A DNA stretch of 64,000 nucleotides from the human T2T-CHM13v2.0 reference genome, Homo sapiens. This document shows, one piece after another, positions 29,453 through 44,643 of the stretch. The notes beneath the pieces were generated by a model. The model was not told where the DNA came from and ran no database searches. It worked only from the letters and a program-made list of their open reading frames with translations. The DNA is taken from NCBI RefSeq assembly GCF_009914755.1, contig NC_060929.1. One strand, given 5' to 3'. Position 1 is the first letter of the stretch. The number at the start of each line of letters is the position of its first letter. The position numbers and the translations under genes were made by a program.

Positions 29453-32005
29453 GATAAAAGCAATTTTAACTGGGGTGAGATGACATCTCATTGTAGTTTT
29501 GGTTTGCGTTTCTCTGATGATCAGTGATATTGATCACATTTTCATACACCTGATTGCCATTTGTATGTTTTCTTTTGAGAAATGTCTATTCAGATATTTT
29601 GCCCATTTTAAACTCAGATTATTAGACATTTTTCTTTAGAGTTTGAGCTACTTATATACTCTGGTTATTAATCCTTTGTCAGATGCATAATTGGCAAATA
29701 TTTTCTCCCATTCTATGGGTTGCCTCTTCATTGATTGTTTCCTTTGCTGTGCAGAAGCTTTTTAACTTGATGTGATCCCATCTGTCCGTTTTTGCTTGGA
29801 TTGTCTGTGCTTTTTGGGCATTACTCAAGAAATCATTGCCCAGTTCAATCTTCTGGAGATATTCCACAATGTTTTCTTTTAGTAGTTTCATAGGTTGAGG
29901 TCGTATCTTTAATCTTTAATCCATTTTTATTTGATTTTTTATAAGGCAAGAGAGAGGGCCTAGTTTCATTCTTCTGCATACGGATATCCACCTTATAAGT
30001 ACCAGTTATTGAGAGATTGTCCTTTCCTCAATGTGTATTCTTGGCAACTTTGTTGAAAATGAGTTCACTATAGATGTATGGATTTGTTTCTGCATCTTTA
30101 TTCTGTTCCATTGGTCTACGTATCTGTTTTTATGCCAGTAACATACTGTTTTGGTTACTACTGCTCTGTAGTATAATTTAAAGTCAGGTTAATGCCCACC
30201 AGTTTTGTTCTTTTTTGCTTAGGATAGCTTTGGCTATTCTGGGTCTTATGTAGTTCCATATAAATTTTAGGATTTTTTTGTCTATTTCTGTGATGAATGT
30301 CAGTGGTATTTTCATAGGGTTTGCACTGAATCCATAGATTGCTTTGGGTAGTATAGACCTTTCAACAATATTGATTCTACCAGTCCATAAACATAAAATA
30401 TCTTTCCTTTTTTGTATGTGTTCCCTTTAATTTATCTCATCAATATTTTATGGTTTTTATGTAAAGACTTATTTCTTTGGTTAATTCCCAGATGTTTTAT
30501 TTATTTTATTTTAAATGGGATTACTTTTTTGGTTTATTTTTCAGATTGTTAACTGCTGGCACAGAGAAATCCTACTGATTTTTGTATGTTGATTTCATAT
30601 CCTAGAACTTTACTGAGTTTGTTCATCAATTCTAATAGATTTTTGGTGGATTCTTTAGGTTTTTCCAAATATGAGATTATATAATCCACAAACAAGAATA
30701 ATTTGACTTATTTCTTTTCAATTTGAATATACTTTATTTCTGAATCATATCTGATTGCTCTAGCTAGGACTTTCAGTACTATGTTGAAGAACAGTGGTGA
30801 AAGTGGGCATACTTGTCATATTCAAGACCTAGGAAGAAAAACTTTCAGTTTTTTTCCCATTCGGTATGATACTAGCTATGGGTCTGTAGTATATATGACT
30901 TTTATCATGTTATGTTTATTCTATGCTCAGTGTTTTTGTGGGTTTTTTTCATAAAGGGATGTTGAATTTTATCAAATGCTTTTCAGCATCAGTTAAAAGA
31001 ATCATATGGTTTTTTTCCTTTATTCTGTTTATATGATGTATTGATTGCACTGATTGGTTTGCATATATTGAACCATTCTTTCATGCCAGTGTTTCCATTT
31101 GGTCATGATGAATGATCTTTTCATGTATTGTTGAATTCCATTGCTAGTATTTTGTTAAGGATTTTTGCATCAGTGTTCATCAGGAATATTGCCTATAGAT
31201 TTCTGTTTTTGATGTGTGTTTGTCCACTTCTGATGTCTGGGTAATATTGGCCTTGTAGAATGAGTTTGGTTGTATTCCTCTTCCTCTTCTATTTTTCAGA
31301 ATAGCTTGAGTAGGATTGGTATTATTCTTGAAATATTTGATAAAATTCAGCAATATATCCACTGGTTCCCAGGATTTTCTTTGCTGGAAGACTTTTTATT
31401 ATGGCTGCAATCTTATTACTTATTGTTCTGTTCAAGTTTTGGATTTCTTCATGGTTCAATCCTGGTAGCTTGTACGTATCTAGTAATTTATTCATTTCTT
31501 CTAGGTTTTCCAATTTATTGGCATAGAGTTGCTTATAGTAGCTTCTAATGATTCTTTGAAATGCTGTAGTATCTGTTGCAATGTCTCCTTTTTTATCTCT
31601 GATTTTATTCATTTGGGTATTCTCCCTTTTTTCAATAGTAAGTCTGGCTAAAATTTGGTCAATTTTGTTTATCTTTTCAAAACACCATATTTTTTATTTT
31701 ATTTGTCTTTTGTATTGTATTCATTTAAATTGTATTTATTTTTGTCCTGATGTTTATGATTTCTTTTCTTCTATTAATTTTGGTTTTGGTTTACTCTTGA
31801 TTTTCTACTTCTTTGAGATGCATTGTTGGATTGTTTATTTGAGTTTTTCTACTTTTTTGATGTAGGTGCTTATAATTATAAACTACCGTTAGTATTACTG
31901 TAACCATATCTCATACATTTTGGTATATTGTGTTTCCATTATCATTTGCTTTGAGAAATTATTCAATTTCCTTCTAATTTCTTCATTGACCCACTGGTCA
32001 TTTAG

Positions 32006-32313
<308 letters not shown>

Positions 32314-34899
32314 TCAGGGGCATATTTTTAAATTTTGATGTGTCTGTATAGTTTCCCAAATTCCTCTTGTTATTGATTTTTAGTTTTATTCCACTGTGGC
32401 CAGAAAAAATCCTTGATATAGTTTCAAATTTTGATTTTTTGTGTGGCCTAACATATGGTCTATCCTTGAGAATGTTCCATGTGCTGAGGAGAAGAATGTG
32501 TATTCTGCAGCCATTAGATAAAATGTTCTGAAATATACATTAGATCAATTTGTTTTATAGTGTAGATGAAGTCCAATGTTTCATTGTTGATTTTCTGTCT
32601 GAGTGATCTGTCTAATGCTGAAAGTGGGGTGTTGAAGCCTCCAGTTATTACTGTGTTGGGCTCTATCTCTCTCTTTAGCCCTAATAATATTTGCTTTACA
32701 TATGTAGGTGCTCCAGTGTTGGGTGCATATATATTTACAGTGGCTATATTCTCCTGCTGAATGAACGGCTTTATCATTATAGAATGATGTTCCTTGGCTC
32801 TTTTCATATTTTTTGTCTGGAAATCTATTTTGTCTAATATGAATCAGGCTACTTCTGCTTTTTTTTGGTTTCATTTGCGTGGAATATCTTTTCCCATCTC
32901 TTTGTTTTAGTCTATGTGTGTACAGGTGAAATGTGTTTCTTGTGGGAAACAGATCATTGGGGTTTTATTTATCCATTCACCCACCATATGTCCTGACTGG
33001 AGAGTTTAGTCCATTTACTTTCAATGTTATTATTGATAAGTAAGGGCTTACTCCTGCCATTTCATTATTTGTTTTCTGGTTGTTTTGTGGTGTTCTCTTC
33101 CTCTTTCCTTTCTTTCTGGATCCTTTCAGTAAAGATGATTTTCTCTGGTGGTATATTTTAATTTATTGCTTTAAATTTTTTCTTGCATCTGTTGTATGAT
33201 TTTTAAGGTTACCATGAGGTTTGCAAATACTATCTTATAACACACTATTTTAAACTGATGACATTATTTTATACTGATTGCATAATAAATTAATTATCCA
33301 ACAAGTAAAAACTAATAAAAGCCTACACTTTAACTTCTTCTCCCCTGCTCATTAACTTTTTGTTGTTTCTATTTATATCTTATTGTACCCTCTATGTCTT
33401 GAAAATTTGTTGCACTTATAATTTTTTATCAGTTCATCTACTCAAGATATGAGTAGTTTACATACCATAATTATTACAGTATTATAATATTCTGTGTTTT
33501 TCTGTGGACTGACTATTGTCAATGAGTTTTTTACCTTCAGGCGATTTCACCTTGCTCATTAATGTCCTTTACTTTCAGACTGAAGAACTCACTTTAGTAT
33601 TTCCTGTTGGATAGGTCTGGTTTTGATGAAATCCCTTAGCTTTTGCTTGTCTCAGAAAGTCTTTATGTCTCCTTCATGTTTGAAGGATGTTTTCACTGGA
33701 TATACTATTCTGGGATAAAAGTTCTCTTCACTTAGCACTTTCAATATGTCATGTTATTGCCTTCTGGCCTGTAAAATTTCCATTGAAAAGTCTTTTGCCA
33801 GCCATATTGGAGCTCCATTTTATGTTATTTGTTCTTTTTTTTTCTCTTGCTGATTTTGAGATCATTTCTTTATCCTTGTCTTTTGGAAGTTTGATTATTA
33901 CATGTCTTGAGGTAGCCTGTTTGGATTAAATCTGCTTTGTGTTCTATAAACTTATTGTACTTGAATGTTGATATCTTTCTTTTGGTTTGGAAAGTTCTCT
34001 GTTATTATTCCTTCGAATAACCTTTCTACCTCTATCTCTTTCTTGACCTCCTCTTTAGGGCCAATAACTCTTAGATTTGTCCTTTTGAAGCTATTTTCTA
34101 GATCCTGTAGGCGTGTTTCATGCTCTTATTCTTTTTATCTTCTTTAATTGTATATTTTCAGAAGTAGCCTGTCTTCAATCTTATTAATTCTTTCTTCTGC
34201 TTGATCAATTATGCTTTTAATAGACTCTGATGTATTCTTTAGGATGTCAATTGCATTTTTCAACTGTAGAATTTCTGTTTGAGTCTTGTTAATTATTTCA
34301 ATCTCTTTGCTAAGTTTATCTGATAAGAATCTGAATTTCTTGTCTGTGTTATCTTGAGTTTTGTTGAGTTTCCTCAAAACAAGCTATTTGAATTATCTGT
34401 CTCAATGTTCACATATTTCTGTTGCTCTGGAATTGGTCATTGATGATTTATTTAGTTTGTTTTGTAAGGTCATGTTTTCCTAGATGATCTTGATGCTTGT
34501 GAATGTTTGTCAGTATCTGGGCATTGTAGCCTTTACAGTCTCAGCTTATTTGTACTCATCCCTCTTGGGAAGGCTTTCCAGGCGTTTGAAGGGACTTGGG
34601 TGTTGTGATCTAATTTTTTTGTCACTACAGCAGTGTCTGTATTAGGGGGCACCCCAAGCCCAGGAATGCTGTGGTGTTAGCAAACTTGTAGAGGTACTCC
34701 CTTGATGATCTTGGATAAGATCTCTAAGAATTCTCTGGATTACTGGACACAGACTCTTGTTCTCTTCCCTTAATTTCTCCCAAACAATTAGAGTCTGTCT
34801 GTTCTGAGCTGCCTGAACTTGGGGAAGTGGTGATGCAACACCCCTATGGCCACCATCCCTGGAACTGTGCTGGGTCAGACTTCAAGCCAACACAGCCTT

Positions 34900-35860
34900 G
34901 AGTGTCTCACAAGGCTCAGGGTAACCACTGACTGGCTATTGCATATGCTTATTCAAGGACCTGGGACTCTACAATTAGCAGATGGTAAAGCCAGCCATGC
35001 TTGTGTCCTTGCCTTCAGGCCAGTGAGTTCCTCTTGGCCCCAGTCAGGTCCAAGCATCCTGTCTGAGAGCCAGGTCTTGGAGTCAGAAATCTTAGAAATC
35101 TACCTGGTGCTCTAATCTACAGCAGTCGAACTGTCACCCAAGCCACAAGACAAAGTCCTTTCTACTCTTCCTGCCAAATTTTCACAGTCAGAGGAGTCTC
35201 TCTTCATGGCCACGACCCCTCCACTCCCATGGCATGTGGGGCCTGGCCACTGCCAGTTTTCATTCAAGGCCCAAGGGCTTTTCAGTTAGCTTATGGTGAA
35301 TGCTCAGGCCAGACTCTCTGTTTAGGGTAGCAGGCTTCCCTCTGGCCCAGTGCAGGTCTAGAAATGCCATCCAAGCACCAAGGCCTGGAACTGGGCACCC
35401 TAAGAACCCACTTGGTAATCTACTGTACTGTGGCCAATCTGATGCCTATGCTGCAAGACAAAGTCCCCTTTACTCTTCCCTCTCCTTTTCTCAGACTGAA
35501 GGAGTCTCTTCTCATTGCCAGCACATCTGTAAATGTGCTGGATCACACCTGTAGCTAACCTGTCTCTCAGTCTCTTCCAAGGCCCATGTGAGTACTACTT
35601 GACTACCAATGTTGACTATTCAGGGCCCAAGGCTCTTAATCTGCAGGTGATGAATCCTGCCAGGACTGGTTCCTTCCTTTCAAGACCGTGGGTTTCCTTC
35701 TGGCCCAGGAAAAAGAGCTAGGTCCCGAAATGGGGGTCTCAGGACTCTGCCTGTTGTCCTGTCCTACTGTGGCTGAGCTGGTATCCAAGTTGCAAGACAA
35801 TGTCTTCTTTATTCTTCCCTCTTCTCTCCTCAAGCTTAAAGAAGGAGTGCCTCCGGTAGC
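34900..35860 (-). repeat. Three ~310-340 bp degenerate modules in the L1MA 5'UTR
   Basis: 'caagacaaWgtc...tactcttcc'-like anchors recur near 35146, 35454 and 35793. Confidence 0.7.
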
Positions 35861-38800
35861 TGCAAGCTGCACTGCCTGGGTTGGGGGAGAGGTGGTACAA
35901 GCACTCTCTTGGCACTCCCAGCTGGTGTCTCAGTAGGATGCATGCTCTCCATGTTCACTGGCTTCAAGCCCAGCACAGCACCAGTGTTTGCCTAGGAGCT
36001 GCAGTCTTTGTGGTACAGACTGCCTGTCAAGTTTATACAGAACCTCAGATCATTTTAGCTTGCAGTGGAAAGGCTTGCCAGAACTTGGGTTCTGACATCT
36101 GGGAAGGGTAGTTCCCTTTGGCTAGGGCTGGTCTAAATGCTCCCTCTGTGGATGCCAGCTGAGTTCTGCCTGGTGTTGCTTTCTGCTGTGACAGGGCAGC
36201 ACTGAGTTCCAATTGCAAGGTCCCACAATCACTGCACTCTTCCTCCCCTGAGTGCACAGATTCTCTCTCCACACCACACAGCCATAGCTACGGGAATCAG
36301 AAGGGGTGGCATTGCCGATTCAGGACTGTCTTTTTTACCCTTTTCAGAGTCTGCTTCTGTAATATGAAGTTACAGCCAGATACTGTGATCAGTCAATTGC
36401 TTTTTGGTTCTCATGAAGGTACATTTTTGTGTGAATAGTTTTTCAATTTTGTTTTCCTGTGAGATGGAAGCGTCTAAACAGCCATCTTGCTCCACCTCCT
36501 CCCATAAAACAAGTCTTGAAGTTTATTTATTTATTATTGATGTGTTGTATATATTATAGTTTCAGGGTAAATATGATAGTTTAATAAGAAGATTGAAATC
36601 ATACCATGTTTTTGTTTTTACTAACCATAATTGAGTGAAACTGGAAATTAACAGCAGAAGGAAAAATGGAAAATTCACAAATATGTAGACATGTACCCAT
36701 AAAGAACATACTCTTGAACAACTGCTGGGTCATAAAAGAGGTGAAAAGATAAATTAGATAATACTTTGAGACAAAAAAAAATGAAAGCACAATATAACAA
36801 GCCTTACGTGATATGATAAACAGAGTATTAAGGTGAAGTTTATTGCAATAAATATCTATATTACAAAAGAAAAAATGTTAAATAAACAACCTACTTTTAC
36901 ATACAAGAAAGTAGAAAAAGAACAAAGTAAGCCCAAGGTTAGTAGAATCAATAAAATAAAAATTGGGACATAAATAAAGTAAAAAATAGAAAACAATAGA
37001 AAAAGTTAATAAAAGCAAGAGTTAGTTTTTTGAAAGATACACAAAATTGATAAACCCTTAGCTAGATTTAAAAAAGAGAGAGCTGTAAATAAATAAAATT
37101 AGAAATGATCAAGGAAACATTAACACTGATACTAGAGAAATAAAAACAGTCATAAGAGACTTCTATAAAGAATTATATACCAACAAACTGGATAATCTAG
37201 GAAAAATTGATAAATTTCTAAAAATATACAACCTGCCAAGACTAAATTATGAAGAGATAGAAAGGCAGAACAGACCTATGACTAGTAAGAGGAGTGAATC
37301 AGTAATCAAAAACCTCCCAGTAAAAAAAAGTCAAGGATCAGATGATTTCACTGGTGAATTCTACCAAACTTTTAAAGAAGAATTAATGTCAATTCTTCTC
37401 AAAGTCTTCCAAAAATGTAAAGAGAAGGACACACTTTCAAACACATTTTATAAGGCTAGCATTACCCTAATACCAAAGTCAGACAAAGGCAACACAAGAA
37501 AACCACAGGCCAATATTGCTGATAATCACAGATGAAAAAATTCTCAACAAAATATTAACAAAGTGAATTCAACAGGACATTGAAAGGATCATATTCCATG
37601 ACAAAAGTGACTTATCTACGATTCAAGTATTGTTCAACATATTAAACTCAACTGCATTATACCACATTAACAGAATAAAGAGTAAAAATCACATGATTGT
37701 CTCTGTAGATGCAGTTAAAAAATTTGGAAAAATTCAGCACCATTTCATGGTTAAAAACTCAACAAATTTAGAAGAGAAGGAAATTACCTCAAAATAATAA
37801 ATGCATATATTAAAGCTGACAGCTAATACCATATTAAATGGTGAAAAATGGAAACTTTTACTTGTAAGATCAGGAACAAGGCAAAAATGCCCTTTTGCCA
37901 CTTCAATTTAACACAGTATTAGTAGTCCTGGCCAATGCAGTCAGGCAATTAAAAAATAGTATTTAAGAAATAAATTGTCTCTGTTAGTATATGACATAAT
38001 CTTATGTATAGAAAACCTTTAGGATTTCACCAAAAAGCTGTTAGAACCAATGAACTAAGTCAGTAAGGTAGCAGGATAGAAAATCTACATAATAAAGTCA
38101 TTTTCATTTTATATACTAACAATGAACAATCTAAAAAGGAAATTAGAAAAAATTATCCATTTACAATAGCACCAAAAGACTATACTTAGGAATAAACCGA
38201 ACTCAGGGTTTGAAAGACTTGTATACTGAAAACTAGAAAACATTGCTGAAATAAATTAAAGACAAACAAATGAAAAGACTATGTGTTCAGGATTGGTAGA
38301 CTCATTATTGTTAAATATCCATACTACCTAAGGCCCTCTACAGATTCAATGCAATCTCTATCAAAATCCCAATGGAAAACAATTCTGCGATCCATATGAA
38401 ACCACAAAACATGAAAAGACAAGTCAGACTTGAGAAAAGAAAAGAATTAAGCTGGAAGCATTACATTTTTTTTTATTTCAAAATATACTACATAGATAAA
38501 GTAAGACAGTATGATTCTGGCACAAAGACAAATTTATAGACTAGTGGAACGGAATACAAGGTGTAGAAATAAATCCACACGTGTATGGTCAGATGGTCTT
38601 TGAAAATGGTGCCAAAAATACGCAATGGGAAAAGGATGGGATCTTCGATAAATGATGTTGACAAAACTGGATAGCACATGTGAAAGAATGAAATTGGATT
38701 CTTATGTTTACCTGTACATAAAAATCAACTCAAAGTTCATAAGAGACTTAAATGTAAGATCTGGAACTGTAAAACTCCTTAAAAAATAGGAAACAAGCTT

Positions 38801-38919
38801 AGTGACATTATCTTCGCAATGATTTCTTGGACATTACACCAAAAGTATGGGCAATGAAAACAAACACAAGTAAGTGGAACTATATCAAAAATAAAGTTTC
38901 TGTATAACATTACTTGGTA

Positions 38920-39100
38920 ACATATATCAAATTATATATGTGTGTGTGTATATATATATATGTGTATAGAGATTATGTATGTATAACTATTTATATAGTT
39001 ATACATTATTATATAGTTATAACTGTATATTATATATACAATAACTATATATTATATATACAAGTGTATTTTGTACATATAAGTATATATACAACTATAA
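38920..39100. repeat. (TA)n-rich low-complexity tract
   Basis: Direct reading. Confidence 0.9.
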
Positions 39101-39133
39101 TTTGTCCATTTACAATTACAAAAATTAAAACTA

Positions 39134-39489
<356 letters not shown>

Positions 39490-39991
39490 TTAACAGAGTG
39501 AAAAGACAACCATGAAATGGGAGAAAATATTTACAATCCATATATCTGATAATGAGTTTCTCTTCGATATGCATAAGGAAATCCTACAACTCAATATCAA
39601 AAAAAAAAAAAGCTAATAATCTGTTTAAAAAAATGGACTAGACTTGAACTTCAATAGACATATCTCCAAAGAAGACATACAAATGGCAAACAGGCATGTG
39701 AAAATTTGCTCAACATTACCAGTTATCAAGGAAACGAAAAGTAAAACCACAATGAGATATCCCATCACACCTGTCAGGATAAATATTATTTGTAAAAAAA
39801 TCTCCAAACATAACAAGTATTGGTGAGGATATGGAGAAATTGGAACTCTTGCACACTACTGGTGGAAACGCAAAAGTGTGCAGCCTCTAAGGAAAACACA
39901 GAGAGGGAATGGGAAGGGAGGGCTCTGGAGGAACACTGACTTCTCTCACATTTGCACATTTATACAAATTTGCACATTTGCCTTATCTCCC

Positions 39992-40370
39992 TGTTATGGG
40001 TTGAATTGTGTTTCCCCCAAAATATGTTGAATTCTTAACCCCAAGGACCTCAGAATGTGAGTTTCTTTGGATAAAGGGTTGTTGTAGATCTAATTAATTA
40101 AGATGAGGTCATACTGGAGTAGGGTGGGCCCTTAATGTAATGTTACTGGTGTCCTCATAGGAGGATCATATGAAGACACTGAGGAAGAACTCCAAGTGAT
40201 GATGCAGGCAGAGATTGGAGTGATGCAGCTGCAAGCCAAGGACTGCTAGCCACCACCAGAAGCTAGGAAGAGGCAAGAAGGATTCTACCCAGAGTGTCAG
40301 AGGGAGCATGGCCCCACTGACATCTTGATTTTGGACTTTTAGCCTCAAGAATTGTGATAGAATAAATTAC
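39992..40370 (+). mobile_element. MLT1B/C MaLR LTR, 3'-truncated
   Basis: 'tgttatgggttgaattgtg', 'taagatgaggtcatactggagtagggtgggccct', 'ccaccagaagctaggaagaggcaag'. Confidence 0.88.
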
Positions 40371-42649
40371 TAAAGTTTTCTTAAAGGAATAAACTGAAAA
40401 TAATGGATATAAATATTGCATTTGTCTGTCTCAGTAATGATAGCAAGACTTGATAACTGGGACATGGAGAGAAACAAAGTCCTTTTCCCCTTTTTTTATA
40501 CTCCCATATTTTATTTCTAGAAATGACACATAAATAACAGACTCAGAAAGAGAATAATAGAATGCTTCAGCTTTATAAATGGTGAAATTTAGGAAGCACT
40601 AAAGAACTAGTAACTTTCTGCTCATTTTCAGTCAAACCATTGGAGGCATTGCTACTCAGGAGGCAGAGATGTTGGTTATACCTAATTTATTGCTGTTAGA
40701 AAAACTCTGTGGCCTACAGGATGGTGGCCAGAGTTGAATCCATACACTGCTCTTCTCAGCTCAAATTGAGAAATTTACTTTCCAATGCTTCGTGGAAGGC
40801 GGAGGCCCACAGACTCACTGCCACTTTAGTAGCTCTCTTACCAGGAGTATAATCCTAAATCAAAGGCCCTAGCCACAAACACTGTCAATCTGGATTCTTC
40901 CAGGATTAAAAAACAATCCCCCTATCTATGATGATACTGGTTGTGATAAGCTGCAAATCATTCAATAGCTTTCCTGTGGGAACCTCACAAGACAGAGAAG
41001 TAGCTCACAAGATGCTATTTTTAAACTTTCAGATAGGTTTATCTCATTCAGCATAGAGGCTGCAGTAACAAAATTGTGATTAGAAATGCTCCAGAGAAGA
41101 AAAAGTGACATGTACTCATCTTTGGATGTTTTAGAACTCAAACTCTGTATCTTGCAAACTGCTGAACCCTTTCTAAATGGCCTTTATGAGGGTATCACCA
41201 GGCAAGGGGAAATGAGGCAGGCACTCATAAGTCATTATTTCTGTAAAATGTCTGTTCACATAATCCCTTTTGGTCAGGGTACCATATCTCAGACTCACAG
41301 CACTCCATGGCAGGGGGCACAATGAGGAATTAACTCTTGGACAGGAAACCTACTTAATACCTGATCACTTCAAAGTAGCGAGTTGTAGAAAACTGTTTGT
41401 GTCCAGAATGAATTAATTCCTGCTTTGGGTGTGTGGTGGTACAGAAAGTGGTATGAAGTCGTGCTCTAGAAAACCCCAGGCATACAGACTGGGACTAAGT
41501 GTGTGACTTGAACAGCAATATATCATTCTTATTAAGTTAAGAGAATCTCCCCAAATCCCCAACTAAATTGTTGATTTTTCATAGACCACCATAATAATAG
41601 AAGAGAGAGTTTCACCGAAGAACAAATATTTAACCTACCAACATGTTTGTTTTACATTCACTGCTAACACTTTTTCCTGTCATAAACAATTCACCTGAGT
41701 AAAGAAAACAGCAGTATAATTGATAGACTTAAAATTGTAATCATGTCAGTAAACTGCCTCATTTACTGACGCTATGTGTCAAAGAGTCACACACTAGGTA
41801 AAGGGGGGTGAAGCATCTTATGTTTTTAGTAACTAAAAATGCTATTTGCCAATACAAAGAAATGATCATTTTAATCTGTTTGCATTGTCCTTTATTGTGT
41901 GTAGTTTTACATATATGTCTTCTGCATTAATGGATGAAGTTGCTTAACTGTGGGCAAACAAGGAAGCCTCCCCTTCTCTATAGAAGGGATTTCAGGACAA
42001 GTCTGAATAATGGGATGTATCTATGTATCTGAGCTGAAGAAAAAGGAAGTTCAATACAGAGAAATAGTGCAGTTAGGTCTTCTAAGAGTTAAAAGAGAAA
42101 CCATTTCTGCAGCAATGGCTGAGATTGTAGCTGGCATCTTTTTGCTGTAATTTCCACAGTAAGAAACAGAGATGAAGAAAGACAGGACTTTATTCCATCC
42201 CTTGTTTTCTTCCATATGTTCATATACCCACCAACATGCAAAAACAATGCTTCTTGACATAAACAGCACTTCCATTATATAACATAATATTTAACTGGAG
42301 AAAGGATATTATTTTGTAAGACCAATCTTGTAAGATTCAGGGTCCATGATTCACCATGGTCCAACTCTTTATTTTCTATGAAAGTCAGTCCCTTTGGGAA
42401 AGATATACTTAGAAAATAAAACTTTGCATTCCTATGCAGACTTTTTACTGGTAAAGTTAATTTTACCCATGAGACTTACACATATTTTGTGAATGTTTTT
42501 AAATACTAACATTTTCTTGATATACTGGATATAGCATGGCTGAGATGATATCACTATTTGCTCAAATAAATAGACTTTTCTCATGCAAAGCATTCTTTTG
42601 GGGTTGATACATTTCAAATATCCTTGATTGCTTCAGGGGCTCCTTATAC

Positions 42650-44608
42650 ACTCCCTTTTGAATAACCTTTTGTCCCCGTAGGAGGCTTATCTGTGCTTAT
42701 AATCATTTGACAGATTTTCCTCCAATTCTTAAAAATAAGAGGTCTCTCATTATCACAGCTCATTTCTTCATCTGTTTCCTTAAATTCACCTCCTTCATCC
42801 TTACAAACCTGGTTCGGTTTGTTAGCATTTCTCTTTTATACATCATTAATTTATTTTCACTGGCTCATTTTTCTCACTTATTGAGAAACTCTAGTGTCTT
42901 TCATTCTCAAACTACCCTACCTTGACACTGTATCTACCACTTGACACTATTTAGCTTTGCAGCTCTCCATGTTGTGTAAATGTATCTTGCTCTATTCTTA
43001 TTCTTCTTTTTCTATAATATTAACTATATTCTAGTCCTCCATTTATTTTTATTTTTCACTCCGTAATCCCTGTGATTGGCTTTCAGCTTCCTCCACTTTG
43101 GAAATTACTATTAGAAATTATTAGTTACTGTCTAATTGCCAATTCCAGTGAACATTTTCTACAGTGACAATGTATGCTTTCCCTTATTTGGTAAGTGTTG
43201 TTGAACCCCAGGCTTCTGACCTTTGCCCAATGCTCTTTTTCTACATATTCTTTTGTCGTTATATTATCTAACTTCAGCCCTTTCCTTGATGACTCCCGAA
43301 GCATTATCTTTAGGCTACTTTTATTTTCTTCAATTTTCCCTAGGTAAGGTAAACTTGCTGGAAATTTGGGACATTTAGATGTCTGGACCACTCCACAAAC
43401 TCAGTATGTTTCAAATTAAACTTAACAGTTTTATCTCTAAAATGTAGATGGGCTCTTCCATCATCTTTTTTGAGCAATTCAGAAGTAACAAAATTTACAA
43501 AGAATAATTGAGAAATTTCTAGTGTAACTGGCAGTAGATCCAGGTCCTGGTTAGGTCCAAGTTCAGGGACATGGCGGTGATTATCCCTGTTTCTAGCTTT
43601 ACCCAAGACTAGATCTGGTTTCCTACAATACCCAGACAGACGCCCTACAAACTCTGACCTTACGTAGATATTAAAACCCCAGCATTTAATATAGGAATAT
43701 TTTATCCAGATCCTTTCCTCCTCTACATTTCTCTTACTTTCTCCCCTCAGACTTACTTCAAAGTTCATGACTGACTGACTGGCTTCTGGAGATTTTTTTA
43801 AAAAATTAAAATAGAGCTAACTAGAATTTCTATGTTTAAAGGGTAAGTGTATGAAGAATTGATGGTTCGTGGAGGGAGGTATTCTTGTATCTACCTAGCC
43901 TGCAATATTGACAATATTGGCATGCATTTCTTATCTGGTTGTATCATTGGCCATCCAGCCAACCAAACTCAAAATGCAAGAAGTATCCCAGACTCTCTTT
44001 TTCACCATCAAGAGCCATTACTTCCCCAAGTCTTGCTGTTTTTATTACCTAAATATTTGACAATTTATTTCTTCTCTATTGGTTATGTTATGTTTGTCCT
44101 AGATTATGTCTTTGGTGTCTCTCATCTGGACTATGGCAGAGTTCTGTCACTGGTACCCAGGAGTGTGGTCTCCAAACCATTTTTCATGATGGCAACATTA
44201 TCTATCCATAGTAGAAAACTGACTATGTCACTTCCATTCTTAAAACCTTTCAATGTTTCCTAAGCTCTTGATGTTGCTTAAAAAAACCCATGATCTAGCC
44301 CTTTCCTCTTGTCCTCATATCCTACTTTCTGACTCACACTTTATTCTTCCAAAAGGAGGAACTGCTTATAATTCTCTCCTTTTCCCTGGGTGAAATAACA
44401 CCACTTCATATTTTTGTTGGACTCACTCTGAGTCATAATTTAAAATTCAAATCAGGCCTCACTTCTTATAGTATATCTCCTTTTTTTTTCTCTCCAAATA
44501 TCCCATCCTAGTTTCTTGTGTTATCTCTATCACTGCAGATAACATTATTTTGTAAATATATCTTCATATGTCTTTGTTTCCCATTAAATTTTCATCCCTT
44601 TTAGGACT
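42650..44608 (+). mobile_element. Highly diverged L2 fragments
   Basis: Pyrimidine-rich L2 motifs 'gcctgcaatattgaca', 'ctcatctggacta', 'tatgtcacttcc...ttaaaacctttcaatg'; may include another old insertion at ~43480-43800. Confidence 0.6.
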
Positions 44609-44643
44609 GAATACACAGGCTTCTGGAGAACTTTGCCCCAGCC

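Noticed and set aside
34900-35860. ~320-bp repeated modules as a novel tandem array
   Set aside because: They lie within the L1MA 5'UTR, where modular repeats are a recognised feature of older L1 promoters
43340-44263. Divergent 142-aa and 138-aa ORF pair
   Set aside because: Overlaps decayed L2 or other old repeat sequence; no recognisable domain; lengths are compatible with chance
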